DNA from: Candidatus Marinacidobacterium sp.
GTDB taxonomy: Bacteria; Acidobacteriota; Vicinamibacteria; Marinacidobacterales; Marinacidobacteraceae
Assembly: GCA_965204755.1 (NCBI GenBank)
Contig: OZ242011.1
Coordinates: 384,001-448,000 of the forward strand
Reading direction: 5' to 3'
DNA length: 64,000 nt
The position numbers and the translations under genes are program-made. Positions 49,616-58,139 of this stretch are shown here, one piece after another. Under the pieces are notes generated by a model. That model did not search any database, was not told the DNA's origin, and saw only the letters and a list, made by a program, of their open reading frames with translations. Each line of letters opens with the position of its first letter. Positions within the stretch are counted from its first letter, which is position 1.

Positions 49616-52600
49616 ATGCGAAAGCCCGCTTTCGCGCTGCTGCTCGCAGCGCTGCTCGCCGCTCCGACCCTTGCGTTCGGACAGGCGGGCGACTCCAGCC
49701 TTCGCGGCACGGTCCGCGACGACTCCGGCGCGGTGCTCCCCGGCGCGACGGTTACGGCGACCAGTCCGGCGCTGATCCAGCCCGCATCGACCGTTACAGA
49801 CAGCCAAGGCGCCTATCGGCTGGTGAACCTTCCCGCAGGCACCTACACACTGGAGGCGTCTCTTTCCGGCTTCAACACATTCCGACAAGAAGGCATCCTG
49901 CTGCGCGCCAGTTCGAACTTCGGCGTGGAGCCGGTGCTCTCAATCGGCGGTGTCGAAGAGACGATCACCGTCACGGCCGAGACCCCGATGCTCGAGGTCT
50001 CCCGTCCCGGCAACATCCTGACGATCGAGGGTGATCTGCAGCGCGATTTGCCGATCCAAGCGCGCGGCAACTGGAGCGACTTCCTCGAGTTGACCCCCGG
50101 CGTGAACGCCCGGCCCTTCGACGACGGCTCGGGCCGTATGGTTTATTTCGGCCATGCCACCGAGCACTTCTCCCATGTCATCCAGTTGGAAGGCATGGCC
50201 GCAGCGGGTTACACCGATTCGCAAGTCACATATGTCGGCATGAATGCCGACATGATGGAGGACATGTCGGTGAAGACTGGCGGCGCCGAAGCCAAGGATC
50301 CGATGGGCACCGGCCTGATCATCAATGTAATCACCAGGAGTGGCGGCAACGATCTCTCGGGCTCGGCAGCGTACGACCATCAGGAGTTCGACTGGGGCAC
50401 CGGCGACGATGACGGCTTGACTGGTTTCTTCGGCGACAACGAGGTTCCTCCCGGCTTCAACCCGTTTTCCGCCGAGAAGTCGAGCCTCGCCGGTCTCGAA
50501 CAGTATGGGAGTGGCGTCTACGATCCTGAGACTCAGGAAGGGAGAGCCGGTTCAACCGGCACTCCAACCGCCCATCTGGTGCGCCAAGCGGATTTCTCGT
50601 TCGGCGGCCCGATCATGCGCGACAAGGCGTGGTTCTTCGCGTCCTACCGATACGCCGATCTCTCGGCGCGGATCAGCCGTGGCGGAACCGATGTCGAACG
50701 CCTCACTGCCCTCTCCGGCATCGCCTTGGGCGGTCTCGGCGCCGCTCCGACCTACTCAGAGTTCCTGAACACGACCACGAGCCATCAGCCCTATCTCAAG
50801 ATCAGCGCCCAACTGAACTCGAGTCATGAACTGAACGCGTACTACCAGCGTGACACGACGGAGAACACTTCAAACCGCGAGTACGACCTCGCTTCGAGAC
50901 TCACTGTCCAGACCGGCGGTAACCTCTATGGTGCCAAACTGACATCGGTCTTCGGAGCGAACACAACCGGACAGTTCACTCTCTCCTACAACGACAAGGC
51001 ATCTCAGGTTCCCCTCGACCTCCAGCCGCAAGCGGGCGACCTACCGCTCTATCTGGAGATCCACAGCGGTTATTCGGTCAACAGCAGCGGAACGATCAGC
51101 GGGGGGGGGCGCCTCGCAGCCGCCGGCACCCCAAACGGCTCTGACCGGCCCGCGCGTCTCGTTCTTCTGCGGGGCGACATCACGCGCTATGTGGATGACT
51201 TGGCCGGTTCCCACGAGTTCGCTGTCGGTGTCTATGCGGCGCCTTGGAATCGCTATCCGAGCACAACTACCTACTCGTTGATGAACGGATGGTCCACCGA
51301 GCACCACGCCATGGTGGACGCCAACGGCAACATAACGGAAGATCTGGGTGCCGCGGCGGCTACCCGCTGGTTCTATCGGACCCGCACCGGCGACGAGTCC
51401 GGCCCGATCGCCACACTGCAGACGATCGACGCAACAGATAGTGATATCGGCGTCTATCTCCAAGACTCGTGGAAGCCAGCCGACCGGCTGACGCTGAATA
51501 TCGGGGTCCGCGCCGATTTCGTGCGACGCTCGGACGGGATTCGCAACTTCGACCGGATGAACACCGTGGCCATAGGCCCTCGTGCCGGCTTCGCCTACCA
51601 GGTCACCGCGGACGGCCGCAACATCCTCCGCGGCAGTTACGGCCGTGTACACGAACAGATGAACGGACGAGACGCGGTCACTCGGGTTCACGGCGGCGCC
51701 ACTGCCGGCAGTTACACGGAATATGACCACGACGGTGACGGTCTTCCGGATCACTCGGTGTACAACCCTCCGGTTGCCAGTCTGCCAAACGATGTGCTCT
51801 TCGACCCGGACATCGGGCAGCCGTTCGTGGACGAGTTCATCGGCGGCCTGCGGCGGCAGTTCGGCAGCCAGATTTCCGTGGACGCTGCGGTGATCCACCG
51901 CCGATACCAAGACAACTACGCGCTGCTCGATCAGAACGGGTACTACCCGTCCCAAGCACCGGCCCCGGTACCCTTGGGTGAGTTCCAGTTTGGCGCCGTC
52001 GACATTGAACAGGGTTCCATTCGCCAGCAGACGAACAACTCGTGGAGCCAGTTGCGCTATACGGCGATCGAGATCACGACGGCCCGCCGCACTGAGCGGA
52101 TGTCCGCCACGCTGAACTTCAGCCGCCAATGGCAGAGTTTCGGCGGCGACTGGAACCCCCACGACCCGGCCCGCTACATCCATCCGGAGAAGTTCGCATC
52201 CACCAAGGCCCTCTATATGCCGCGCGGCAACAACGAGCACAACACACTAAGGGCATCTACGGCGACCTCCTACGCGCCGACTTGGCGCCAGTGGTCACTG
52301 CGTGGCGGCATGAGTTATGTCATGCCTTACGACTTTACAGTCGCGGTGAGTTACACCGGGAACGCCGGACCGTGGACCGGTCCGCTTCTCCAGAGGCTGC
52401 CCAGCGACAGCCCAGATGTCGCGCAGTACGGCCCCGGCAGCGCGAACAACGGCAAGACGAATCCTCTGTCCACCAGGTACCGCGTCGTCGGGCCTGACCG
52501 AGGTGAACTGCAGGCCCAGGCGCCGACAGTCCACACGGTGGGGCTTTCGCTCGGGAAGATCCTCGACTTCGGCCCAGCACAACTCGAGTTGTCCGCCCAA

Positions 52601-52741
52601 GTCTTCAACCTGCTTGATGCCGCCAACCACAACCAGTTCACTTATAGTGGCGCGAATCGGACTTGGGTCCCGGCCTTTATGGAGTTGCGAAGCCGGCAGA
52701 ACGCGCGCACGATGCTCGTTCGAGGCACTCTCCGGTTCTAA
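49616..52741 (+). CDS. TonB-dependent receptor (carboxypeptidase-regulatory-like N-domain, Oar-type)
   Basis: RBS AAGGAG, signal peptide, GTVRDDSGAVLPGATVT, GGPIMRDKAWFF, YLQDSW and terminal LRF. Confidence 0.9.
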   Translation: MRKPAFALLLAALLAAPTLAFGQAGDSSLRGTVRDDSGAVLPGATVTATSPALIQPASTVTDSQGAYRLVNLPAGTYTLEASLSGFNTFRQEGILLRASSNFGVEPVLSIGGVEETITVTAETPMLEVSRPGNILTIEGDLQRDLPIQARGNWSDFLELTPGVNARPFDDGSGRMVYFGHATEHFSHVIQLEGMAAAGYTDSQVTYVGMNADMMEDMSVKTGGAEAKDPMGTGLIINVITRSGGNDLSGSAAYDHQEFDWGTGDDDGLTGFFGDNEVPPGFNPFSAEKSSLAGLEQYGSGVYDPETQEGRAGSTGTPTAHLVRQADFSFGGPIMRDKAWFFASYRYADLSARISRGGTDVERLTALSGIALGGLGAAPTYSEFLNTTTSHQPYLKISAQLNSSHELNAYYQRDTTENTSNREYDLASRLTVQTGGNLYGAKLTSVFGANTTGQFTLSYNDKASQVPLDLQPQAGDLPLYLEIHSGYSVNSSGTISGGGRLAAAGTPNGSDRPARLVLLRGDITRYVDDLAGSHEFAVGVYAAPWNRYPSTTTYSLMNGWSTEHHAMVDANGNITEDLGAAAATRWFYRTRTGDESGPIATLQTIDATDSDIGVYLQDSWKPADRLTLNIGVRADFVRRSDGIRNFDRMNTVAIGPRAGFAYQVTADGRNILRGSYGRVHEQMNGRDAVTRVHGGATAGSYTEYDHDGDGLPDHSVYNPPVASLPNDVLFDPDIGQPFVDEFIGGLRRQFGSQISVDAAVIHRRYQDNYALLDQNGYYPSQAPAPVPLGEFQFGAVDIEQGSIRQQTNNSWSQLRYTAIEITTARRTERMSATLNFSRQWQSFGGDWNPHDPARYIHPEKFASTKALYMPRGNNEHNTLRASTATSYAPTWRQWSLRGGMSYVMPYDFTVAVSYTGNAGPWTGPLLQRLPSDSPDVAQYGPGSANNGKTNPLSTRYRVVGPDRGELQAQAPTVHTVGLSLGKILDFGPAQLELSAQVFNLLDAANHNQFTYSGANRTWVPAFMELRSRQNARTMLVRGTLRF

Positions 52742-52789
52742 CGCCAACGCTTAGGGCTGCCTACTGAACTCGCAGCCATACCACGACAT

Positions 52790-52821
52790 TGTGGCGCTTG
52801 CCCTACGGGGTGAGCGCCACA
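52790..52821 (+). terminator. Stem-loop with cTACGg tetraloop downstream of the TonB-dependent receptor
   Basis: tgtggcgcttgccc-TACG-gggtgagcgccaca, with G-U pairs allowed; no clear U-tract. Confidence 0.55.
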
Positions 52822-52864
52822 CTCATGTACGCTGGAGGTGGGGAGGAATGCCGCGACCCCCGAT

Positions 52865-53113
52865 CTTGACTTCGACGGTTTGGCCTTGTAAGTAGTTAAC
52901 GGGTTGGGAACTTGGTTTCGTAGGCACACTACAACCGGGCGGAGTTCGGGGGTGGAACCGGCGTGGCCCGCCGGGGCAGTCGGAGGCCCACCGGCCGGTA
53001 GATCCGCTCCGCCTCCGGGGTAGCCTTCGAGGGCAGGAAGAACCGCTCGTTCGTGCCCCGGTCGCAGCCGTGGGAGACCTCCACACGGAGCAGTTCCCGC
53101 AGCAGCCGCTCCT
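52865..53113 (-). mobile_element. 3' end of an IS1634-like element (copy 1), truncated by IS21
   Basis: Transposase tail ERLLRELL...LPSKATPEAERIYR...L*, then TGTAGTG...GTCGAAGTCAAG terminus. Near-duplicate of 54414-54705. Confidence 0.65.
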
Positions 53114-53543
53114 TTTGAGCAGGCAAAAAAATGTCCCCACTTTTCGGCAACCAAAATGCCCCACCTGCCGGCCCGCGGGAGAGAAGCTTGTCTTGGCGCG
53201 GCATTACCTGAACTGGGGGCTGAGCCGTCGGTTCGGGGGTAAGCCGGCGGACGCTGGGGCGGTGGCTGGCGTCGGGGATCTGGTGGCGGAGCGGCAGGAG
53301 GCGGTTCGGTATCGGGATCGGCTCCCGGGTCCGACGGTTCTGGACGGGTATCGGGAGGAGTGGGGCCAAGTGCTGGGGGACGAGGTGATGGCGGCGGCGA
53401 TGCTGGATCGGCTGCTCCACCACGCCCACATCGTGAACATCCGGGGGAACAGCTACCGGCTCCGGCACCGGGAGGACCTCGTCAAGGTGTTCCGTCGGCG
53501 AACGGGAGAGGAGCCGGCGTCAGCCGGAACGGGCAACGCATGA
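53114..53543 (+). mobile_element. Internally deleted IS21-family element (IstA N-terminus fused in frame to IstB C-terminus)
   Basis: Subterminal repeats aaaatgtccccac/aaaatgccccac; IstA-like LVLARHYL..GLS; IstB C-terminal EWGQVLGDEVMAAAMLDRLLHHAHIVNIRGNSYRLR. Confidence 0.8.
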
Positions 53544-53598
53544 GGTCGGCCCGGCCCCTCCGCTTCACCCGGTTCCGGCGCCGGAGCACCGCCCCTCA

Positions 53599-53661
53599 GG
53601 TCGGTCGGGCCGCTGGCTCCCTCGGCCCTCCGGGCCTCCGTCCCAAGCGGCCCGACCGACC
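53599..53661. terminator. 16-bp perfect stem hairpin between the IS21 remnant and the peptide gene
   Basis: ggtcggtcgggccgct (53599-53614) pairs with agcggcccgaccgacc (53646-53661). Confidence 0.6.
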
Positions 53662-53673
53662 CGTCGGAGCCCT

Positions 53674-53958
53674 CTAGCACTCGTCGCAGCTGGGGCCGCC
53701 GCAGGTGTCGCAGGTGTCGGGGCAGGTGTGCCTCTCGTCGTCCGTCGGACCCGGGCAGCCGCCGCAGGTGTACCCGCAGGTCGGGCAGCAGGTCCGCGGG
53801 CAGGTCGGGTCGCAGGTGTTGTGGCCTCCGGCGGCATCCCCCATCTGGTCGTCGGTGAGGCTGACCAGGGGACGCTTCTTCAGGCGGAGCACCTGCTTCT
53901 TCTCGGTCTTCTCCTCGGCCGGCGGCCGCGGACCCGTCTCAGTGGCGGACTTTTTCAT
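53674..53958 (-). CDS. Putative RiPP (lanthipeptide-like) precursor: 45-aa double-Gly leader + 49-aa Thr-Cys-repeat core
   Basis: MKKSATETGPRPPAEEKTEKKQVLRLKKRPLVSLTDDQMGDAAGG|HNTCDPTCPRTCCPTCGYTCGGCPGPTDDERHTCPDTCDTCGGPSCDEC. RBS GGAGA and an upstream sigma70-like promoter. Confidence 0.8.
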   Translation of the reverse strand: MKKSATETGPRPPAEEKTEKKQVLRLKKRPLVSLTDDQMGDAAGGHNTCDPTCPRTCCPTCGYTCGGCPGPTDDERHTCPDTCDTCGGPSCDEC

Positions 53959-54034
53959 CGTCGTCTTCTCCCATGGAAGGAAACAGTGGACCAATCGGCC
54001 GGCTCTCGCTCGACCGCCCGGTGAACTGTTGGCC

Positions 54035-54063
54035 AGTATCCGGCTCGAGACGGGAGATGTCAA
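54035..54063 (-). promoter_or_regulatory. Sigma70-type promoter for the precursor peptide gene
   Basis: Minus strand reads TTGACA (54063-54058), 17-nt spacer, GATACT (54040-54035), about 75 nt upstream of ATG 53958. Confidence 0.7.
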
Positions 54064-54179
54064 ACGCGTAGTCGGGGACGAGACGGCAGGAGCCCGGAAC
54101 CTTCGAAACGGGGGTTGCTCCCCGCTCCCGGAGCGTCAGAAGGCCCGACCGCATTACCGTTCGGAACACACGCCTGCTT

Positions 54180-54413
54180 CAACAGCCCACGGAAGCACGC
54201 CAGGACGCCTCGGCCGGGGATCGCGGCAAGGCGAGTCGGTATCGGGTGTGGCGACCGGCGCCGGAGCGAGGGAGCGCGCCGAGGGTCACCAGCCCTGCGA
54301 GGTCGCAGGTCGCGGTGGCTGGAGTGGCGGCGGCGGTGCGGCGGTAGTTCCCGGCGCTGAGGCGGCCCTCGAGACCCTCCGGCCTCCGACCGGAACAGGC
54401 GGCGCAGCGCCTT
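54180..54413 (-). pseudogene. 3' (HTH) fragment of a second Fic gene, frameshifted
   Basis: Close DNA similarity to 60520-60735 (KALRRLF...GLSAGNYRR...GRHTRY). It ends exactly at the IS terminus at 54414. Confidence 0.8.
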
Positions 54414-54745
54414 CTTGACTTCGACGGTTTGGCTTTGTAAGTGGTTGACAGTTAGGGAGTTGGTTTCGTAGGCACACTACAACCGGGCGGAGTCCGGCGG
54501 GGAGTGTCGGGGGTCAGGCGACTTCGCGCGAGTCGCCTCGGGGGTGGAACCGGCGTAGCCCGCCGGGGCAGTCGGAGGCCCACCAGCCGGTAGATCCGCT
54601 CCGCCTCCGGGGTGGCCTTCGAGGGCAGGAAGAACCACTCGTTCGTGCCCCGGTCGCAGCCGTGGGAGGCCTCCACCCAGAGCAGTTCCCGCAGCAGCCG
54701 CTCCTCGCGCAGCGGCGCCTCCGGGTAGGCCCGGGCGTAGACGCC
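54414..54745 (-). mobile_element. 3' end of an IS1634-like element (copy 2)
   Basis: YARAYPEAPLREERLLRELL...PEAERIYRLVGLRLPRR plus the same terminus as copy 1, with about 40 bp extra relative to copy 1. Confidence 0.65.
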
Positions 54746-56274
54746 GTGGAGGCCGTCCGCCTCAGCCTCGAGGGCCGGAACCTCGTCGAACCCGGGGACG
54801 CCTTCCAGATCCTCCGCGCCCTCCCCCACGGCCACGCCGCCGCCGCCCTCGGAACCCTCAAGCGCCTCCGACTGCCGGGCCTCCTCGACCGCAAGCGCTT
54901 CCGACCCCCGCGACCTCGCCCTCGCCCTCATCGCCGCCCGACTCCTCGCCCCCCGCCCCAGACTCGCCACCGCCCGGACCCTCGCGCCGGAGACCGCCTC
55001 CGCCTCCCTCGGCACCCTCCTCGATCTCGGGGAAGTGCGGTTACAGCCGGGACCGCAGGAGCAACACCCTGCAGATCGTCTTCGGCCTGCTCTGCTCCAA
55101 GGAGGGCTGCCCGGTCGCCGTCGAGGTCTTCCCCGGCAACACCGCCGACCCCGAGACGGTGGCCGCCCAGGTGGCCAAACTCCGCGACCGCTTCGGCCTC
55201 CGCCAACTGGTCCTGGTCGGCGACCGGGGGATGCTCACCGCCCGGCGCATCCGCGAGGACCTGAGCCCGGAGGAGGGCTTCCGCTGGGTCACCGCGCTGC
55301 GCTCCGCCGATATCCGCGCCCTGGTCGAAGCCGGCGCGGTGAACCCCTCCCTGTTCGACCGGCGGGACCTGGCCGAGATCTCCTCCGACCGCTACCCCGG
55401 GGAGCGCCTGGTGGTCTGCTTCAACCCCCGGCTCGCCGAGGAGCGCCGCCGCAAGCGCGAAGACCTGCTCGCCGCCACCGAGAAAGCGGCTGGAAGCCAT
55501 CGCCGCCGCCACCCGGCGCGAGCGCCGACCGCTGCGCGGCGCCGCCCGCATCGGAAAGCGCGTCGGCGCCCTCATCGGCCGCTTCAAGGTCGAAAAGCAC
55601 TTCCTCACCGAGATCACCGACGACTCCTTCGCCTTCCGCCGGAACGAAGACGCCATCGCCCGGGAACGGGCCCTCGACGGCTTCTACATCCTCCGCACCA
55701 ACGCCGAGCCCGAACTGCTCTCCACCGAACAGACCGTCCGCGCCTACAAGTCCCTCGCCTCGGTGGAGACCGCCTTCCGCAGCATGAAGTCCCTCGACCT
55801 CCAGGTCCGCCCCATCCACCACCGCCGCCCCGACCGGGTCCGTTCCCACATCTTCCTGTGCATGCTCGCCTACTACCTGGAATGGCACATGCGCCAGGCG
55901 CTCGCCCCCGTCCTGTTCCAGGACCACGACCGGGAGGCCGCCGAGCGCGAGCGCCCCTCCCCGGTCCAGCCCGCGCAGCGCTCCCCGGCGGCCAAGGCCA
56001 AGGTCGCCGCCCGCCGCACCCCGGAGGGGCTGCCGCTGCACGACTTCCCGACGCTGATCCAGCACCTCGGGACCCTCACCCTCAACACCGTCCGCGCCCC
56101 CAGCCGGAACGCCACCTTCCAGATGCGCGCGAACCCCACCCGGCTCCAGGCAAAGGCCTTCGACCTGCTCCGCCTTCCCGCCTCCGCGTAGCCAGAACCG
56201 AACACCCCCCGCCGCGCGGATCCCCGGTCCGTTCTCGGGCTTCTGACCTTTTGCCCCTTGGAACTTCCGGCTAG
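54745..56274 (+). mobile_element. IS1634-family transposase pseudogene (5'-truncated, internal deletion, frameshifts) with right end
   Basis: Motifs AFQILRALPHGH, LVGDRGML, ALDGFYILRTN, YKSLASVETAFRSMKSLDLQVRPIHH and RVRSHIFLCMLAYY across different frames; end ...ggaacttccggctag. Confidence 0.85.
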
Positions 56275-56660
56275 TCTGTGTCGCCAACGCGGTCTCGGCG
56301 AACCACCGCAGCCACGGGGTAATGTCGAAGGAGCGGTTCACCCGTTCGATGACTTGGTAGTATGGTCGGCGGCGGGCGATCTCGCGGGAGGGTGCCGCCA
56401 GGCTCGAGCCGCCGAGGGCTCGCGCCAGCGCCTTTTCCGCCCAGGGCGCGGGCCATGCGTCCGCTACCGTTCTCGAAGGGATGGACGAAGACGAAGCCGA
56501 GATGGGCCACGCCGGCCGAAGTGACCCGTGGGAGCCCTTCCGCCGCGGATCTCTCGTACCAGCGGACGAATTGCTCCATTTCAGCCGGTAGCGCCCCTCG
56601 CCACTTTGCCGGAAGGTCCTGACTTCAGGGAGGTCGGTGACAGCCGGGCAGCAGGTGTCG
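56275..56660 (-). pseudogene. Middle fragment of the second Fic gene
   Basis: FVRWYERSAAE...HLGFVFVHPFENGSGRMAR and RSFDITPWLRWFAETA in shifted frames; homologous to 60830-61250. Confidence 0.8.
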
Positions 56661-56682
56661 ATACCGGTCGTATACTCGGCAC

Positions 56683-58137
56683 ATGAACCGTCGACGGAGA
56701 GAAGTGGAGATCGTTCCCTGGGTGCGCTACATCCGCCTTGGCGCCGTCGTCTGCGCGCTGGTCGGCTCGGTTTCCGGCTGCGGAGAGGATTCGGCCGCGC
56801 CCGCGACACCCGGCCCGGCGGCGCCGGCGCTCCTGCCTCCGGAGACGCGGCCCGAAGCCGTCGTTCCCGGAGAGATTCGCGCGTGGCTCGACGCGAATGT
56901 CCATCCGTTCGACGGCGCGCATCTCTCGCTGCCCCACACGGACATCGAGTTCCTGCGCGACTTGGTGGGCGACGCACGCGTGGTAGCGCTCGGCGAGGCC
57001 ACCCACGGCACTCGGGATTTCTTCGAAATGAAGGCGCGCATCCTCCGGTTCCTGGTCGAAGAAATGGGCTTCAACACCTTCGCCATCGAGGCCTCTTGGC
57101 CGGAGGCGATGCGCCTCGACCGCTATGTGCGCACCGGAGACGGCGATTCCGCCGTACTCCTGTCAGGGCTGTACTTCTGGACCTGGCGGACCGAGTCGGT
57201 GCTGGAGATGATCGAGTGGATGCGTGCCCACAACGAGGCGGGCGGGAACATCGGATTCCATGGCATAGACATGCAACTTCCCAGAATGGCCCTGCACATC
57301 GTGCGTGAATTCATCCGTTTCGTGGACCCCGCGCGCGTGGACGAGGTGGCCTCCCGGCTCGACTGCCTCGCTCGGCACGCCAATCAGCCGGATCGACTGC
57401 TGCCGCCAGTGAGTTATCGGGACCTGACGGACGCCGAGCGGGCGGAGTGCGGCGCCGCCCTGGAGGAAGTGGGGGCGCTTCTGGAGGCGAACCGCGCACG
57501 GTACGAGTTGGCCGGAGGCGTGAACACGGCAGCAGTCGCAGAGCGGAGCCTGCGCATCGCCTACCAGTATCACTTGGCAGAGGTCGGGAGGAGTGAAGGG
57601 GGACGGGCGCAAGGGGCGGCGCTTCGGGAAGGGTTCATGGCAGAGAACACCCTTTGGCTCAACGACCGCATCGGGCCTGAGGGTCGCATGGTGCTCTGGG
57701 CGCACAACCTCCATGTTGCGACCAAGCCCGGGAGACAGGGGCACTATCAGCGGGAGGCCCTCGGCGACGACATGGTGGTCATCGGTTTCAGCCACGAAGG
57801 CGGCCGCTTCACCGCCGGCGACCTGTCACGGAGCCCATTCATGCAGAGGGTGTTCGATCTGCCGCCCCCCGTGGAGAATTCCTTCGAGGCGATTCTGGCC
57901 GGGGCATCTCCTCCGAGGTTCGTCCTCGACCTGCGCCGGACCGCAGACGAGCCCGGAAGTGAGTGGTTGTTCGAACCTCGCCTGTTCCGCAACATCGGGT
58001 GCTGCTTCCACCCGGACTGGTCGACACGGTCGGTCTTCTCCCTGAGTCCGCTCCCGGATTGGTTCGACGCCATCATCCACTTCGAGTCCACTCGGCCGAC
58101 TGTCCTGCTGCCGTCGCGGCTGCCAAGTACTTGGTGA
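56683..58137 (+). CDS. Erythromycin esterase (EreA/EreB superfamily) lipoprotein
   Basis: Lipobox VSGC; motifs ALGEATHGTRDF, GFNTFAIEA, GIDMQ, MAEN, WAHNLH and FDAIIH. TATACT lies 6 nt before the ATG. Confidence 0.85.
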   Translation: MNRRRREVEIVPWVRYIRLGAVVCALVGSVSGCGEDSAAPATPGPAAPALLPPETRPEAVVPGEIRAWLDANVHPFDGAHLSLPHTDIEFLRDLVGDARVVALGEATHGTRDFFEMKARILRFLVEEMGFNTFAIEASWPEAMRLDRYVRTGDGDSAVLLSGLYFWTWRTESVLEMIEWMRAHNEAGGNIGFHGIDMQLPRMALHIVREFIRFVDPARVDEVASRLDCLARHANQPDRLLPPVSYRDLTDAERAECGAALEEVGALLEANRARYELAGGVNTAAVAERSLRIAYQYHLAEVGRSEGGRAQGAALREGFMAENTLWLNDRIGPEGRMVLWAHNLHVATKPGRQGHYQREALGDDMVVIGFSHEGGRFTAGDLSRSPFMQRVFDLPPPVENSFEAILAGASPPRFVLDLRRTADEPGSEWLFEPRLFRNIGCCFHPDWSTRSVFSLSPLPDWFDAIIHFESTRPTVLLPSRLPSTW

Positions 58138-58139
58138 AG

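Noticed and set aside
53680-53830. Repeated gcaggt units as a CRISPR or DNA repeat array
   Set aside because: They are Thr-Cys codons (ACC TGC) of the peptide on the minus strand; there are no spacers or cas genes.
52865-54705. Two IS ends as a composite transposon carrying the peptide gene
   Set aside because: Both are 3' ends in the same orientation, diverged and truncated, with no target duplication visible. Independent insertions explain this equally well.
56683-58137. Bona fide macrolide-resistance gene (ereA/ereB)
   Set aside because: Only superfamily motifs are visible, and many members are not resistance enzymes. This one is a lipoprotein, unlike clinical Ere enzymes.
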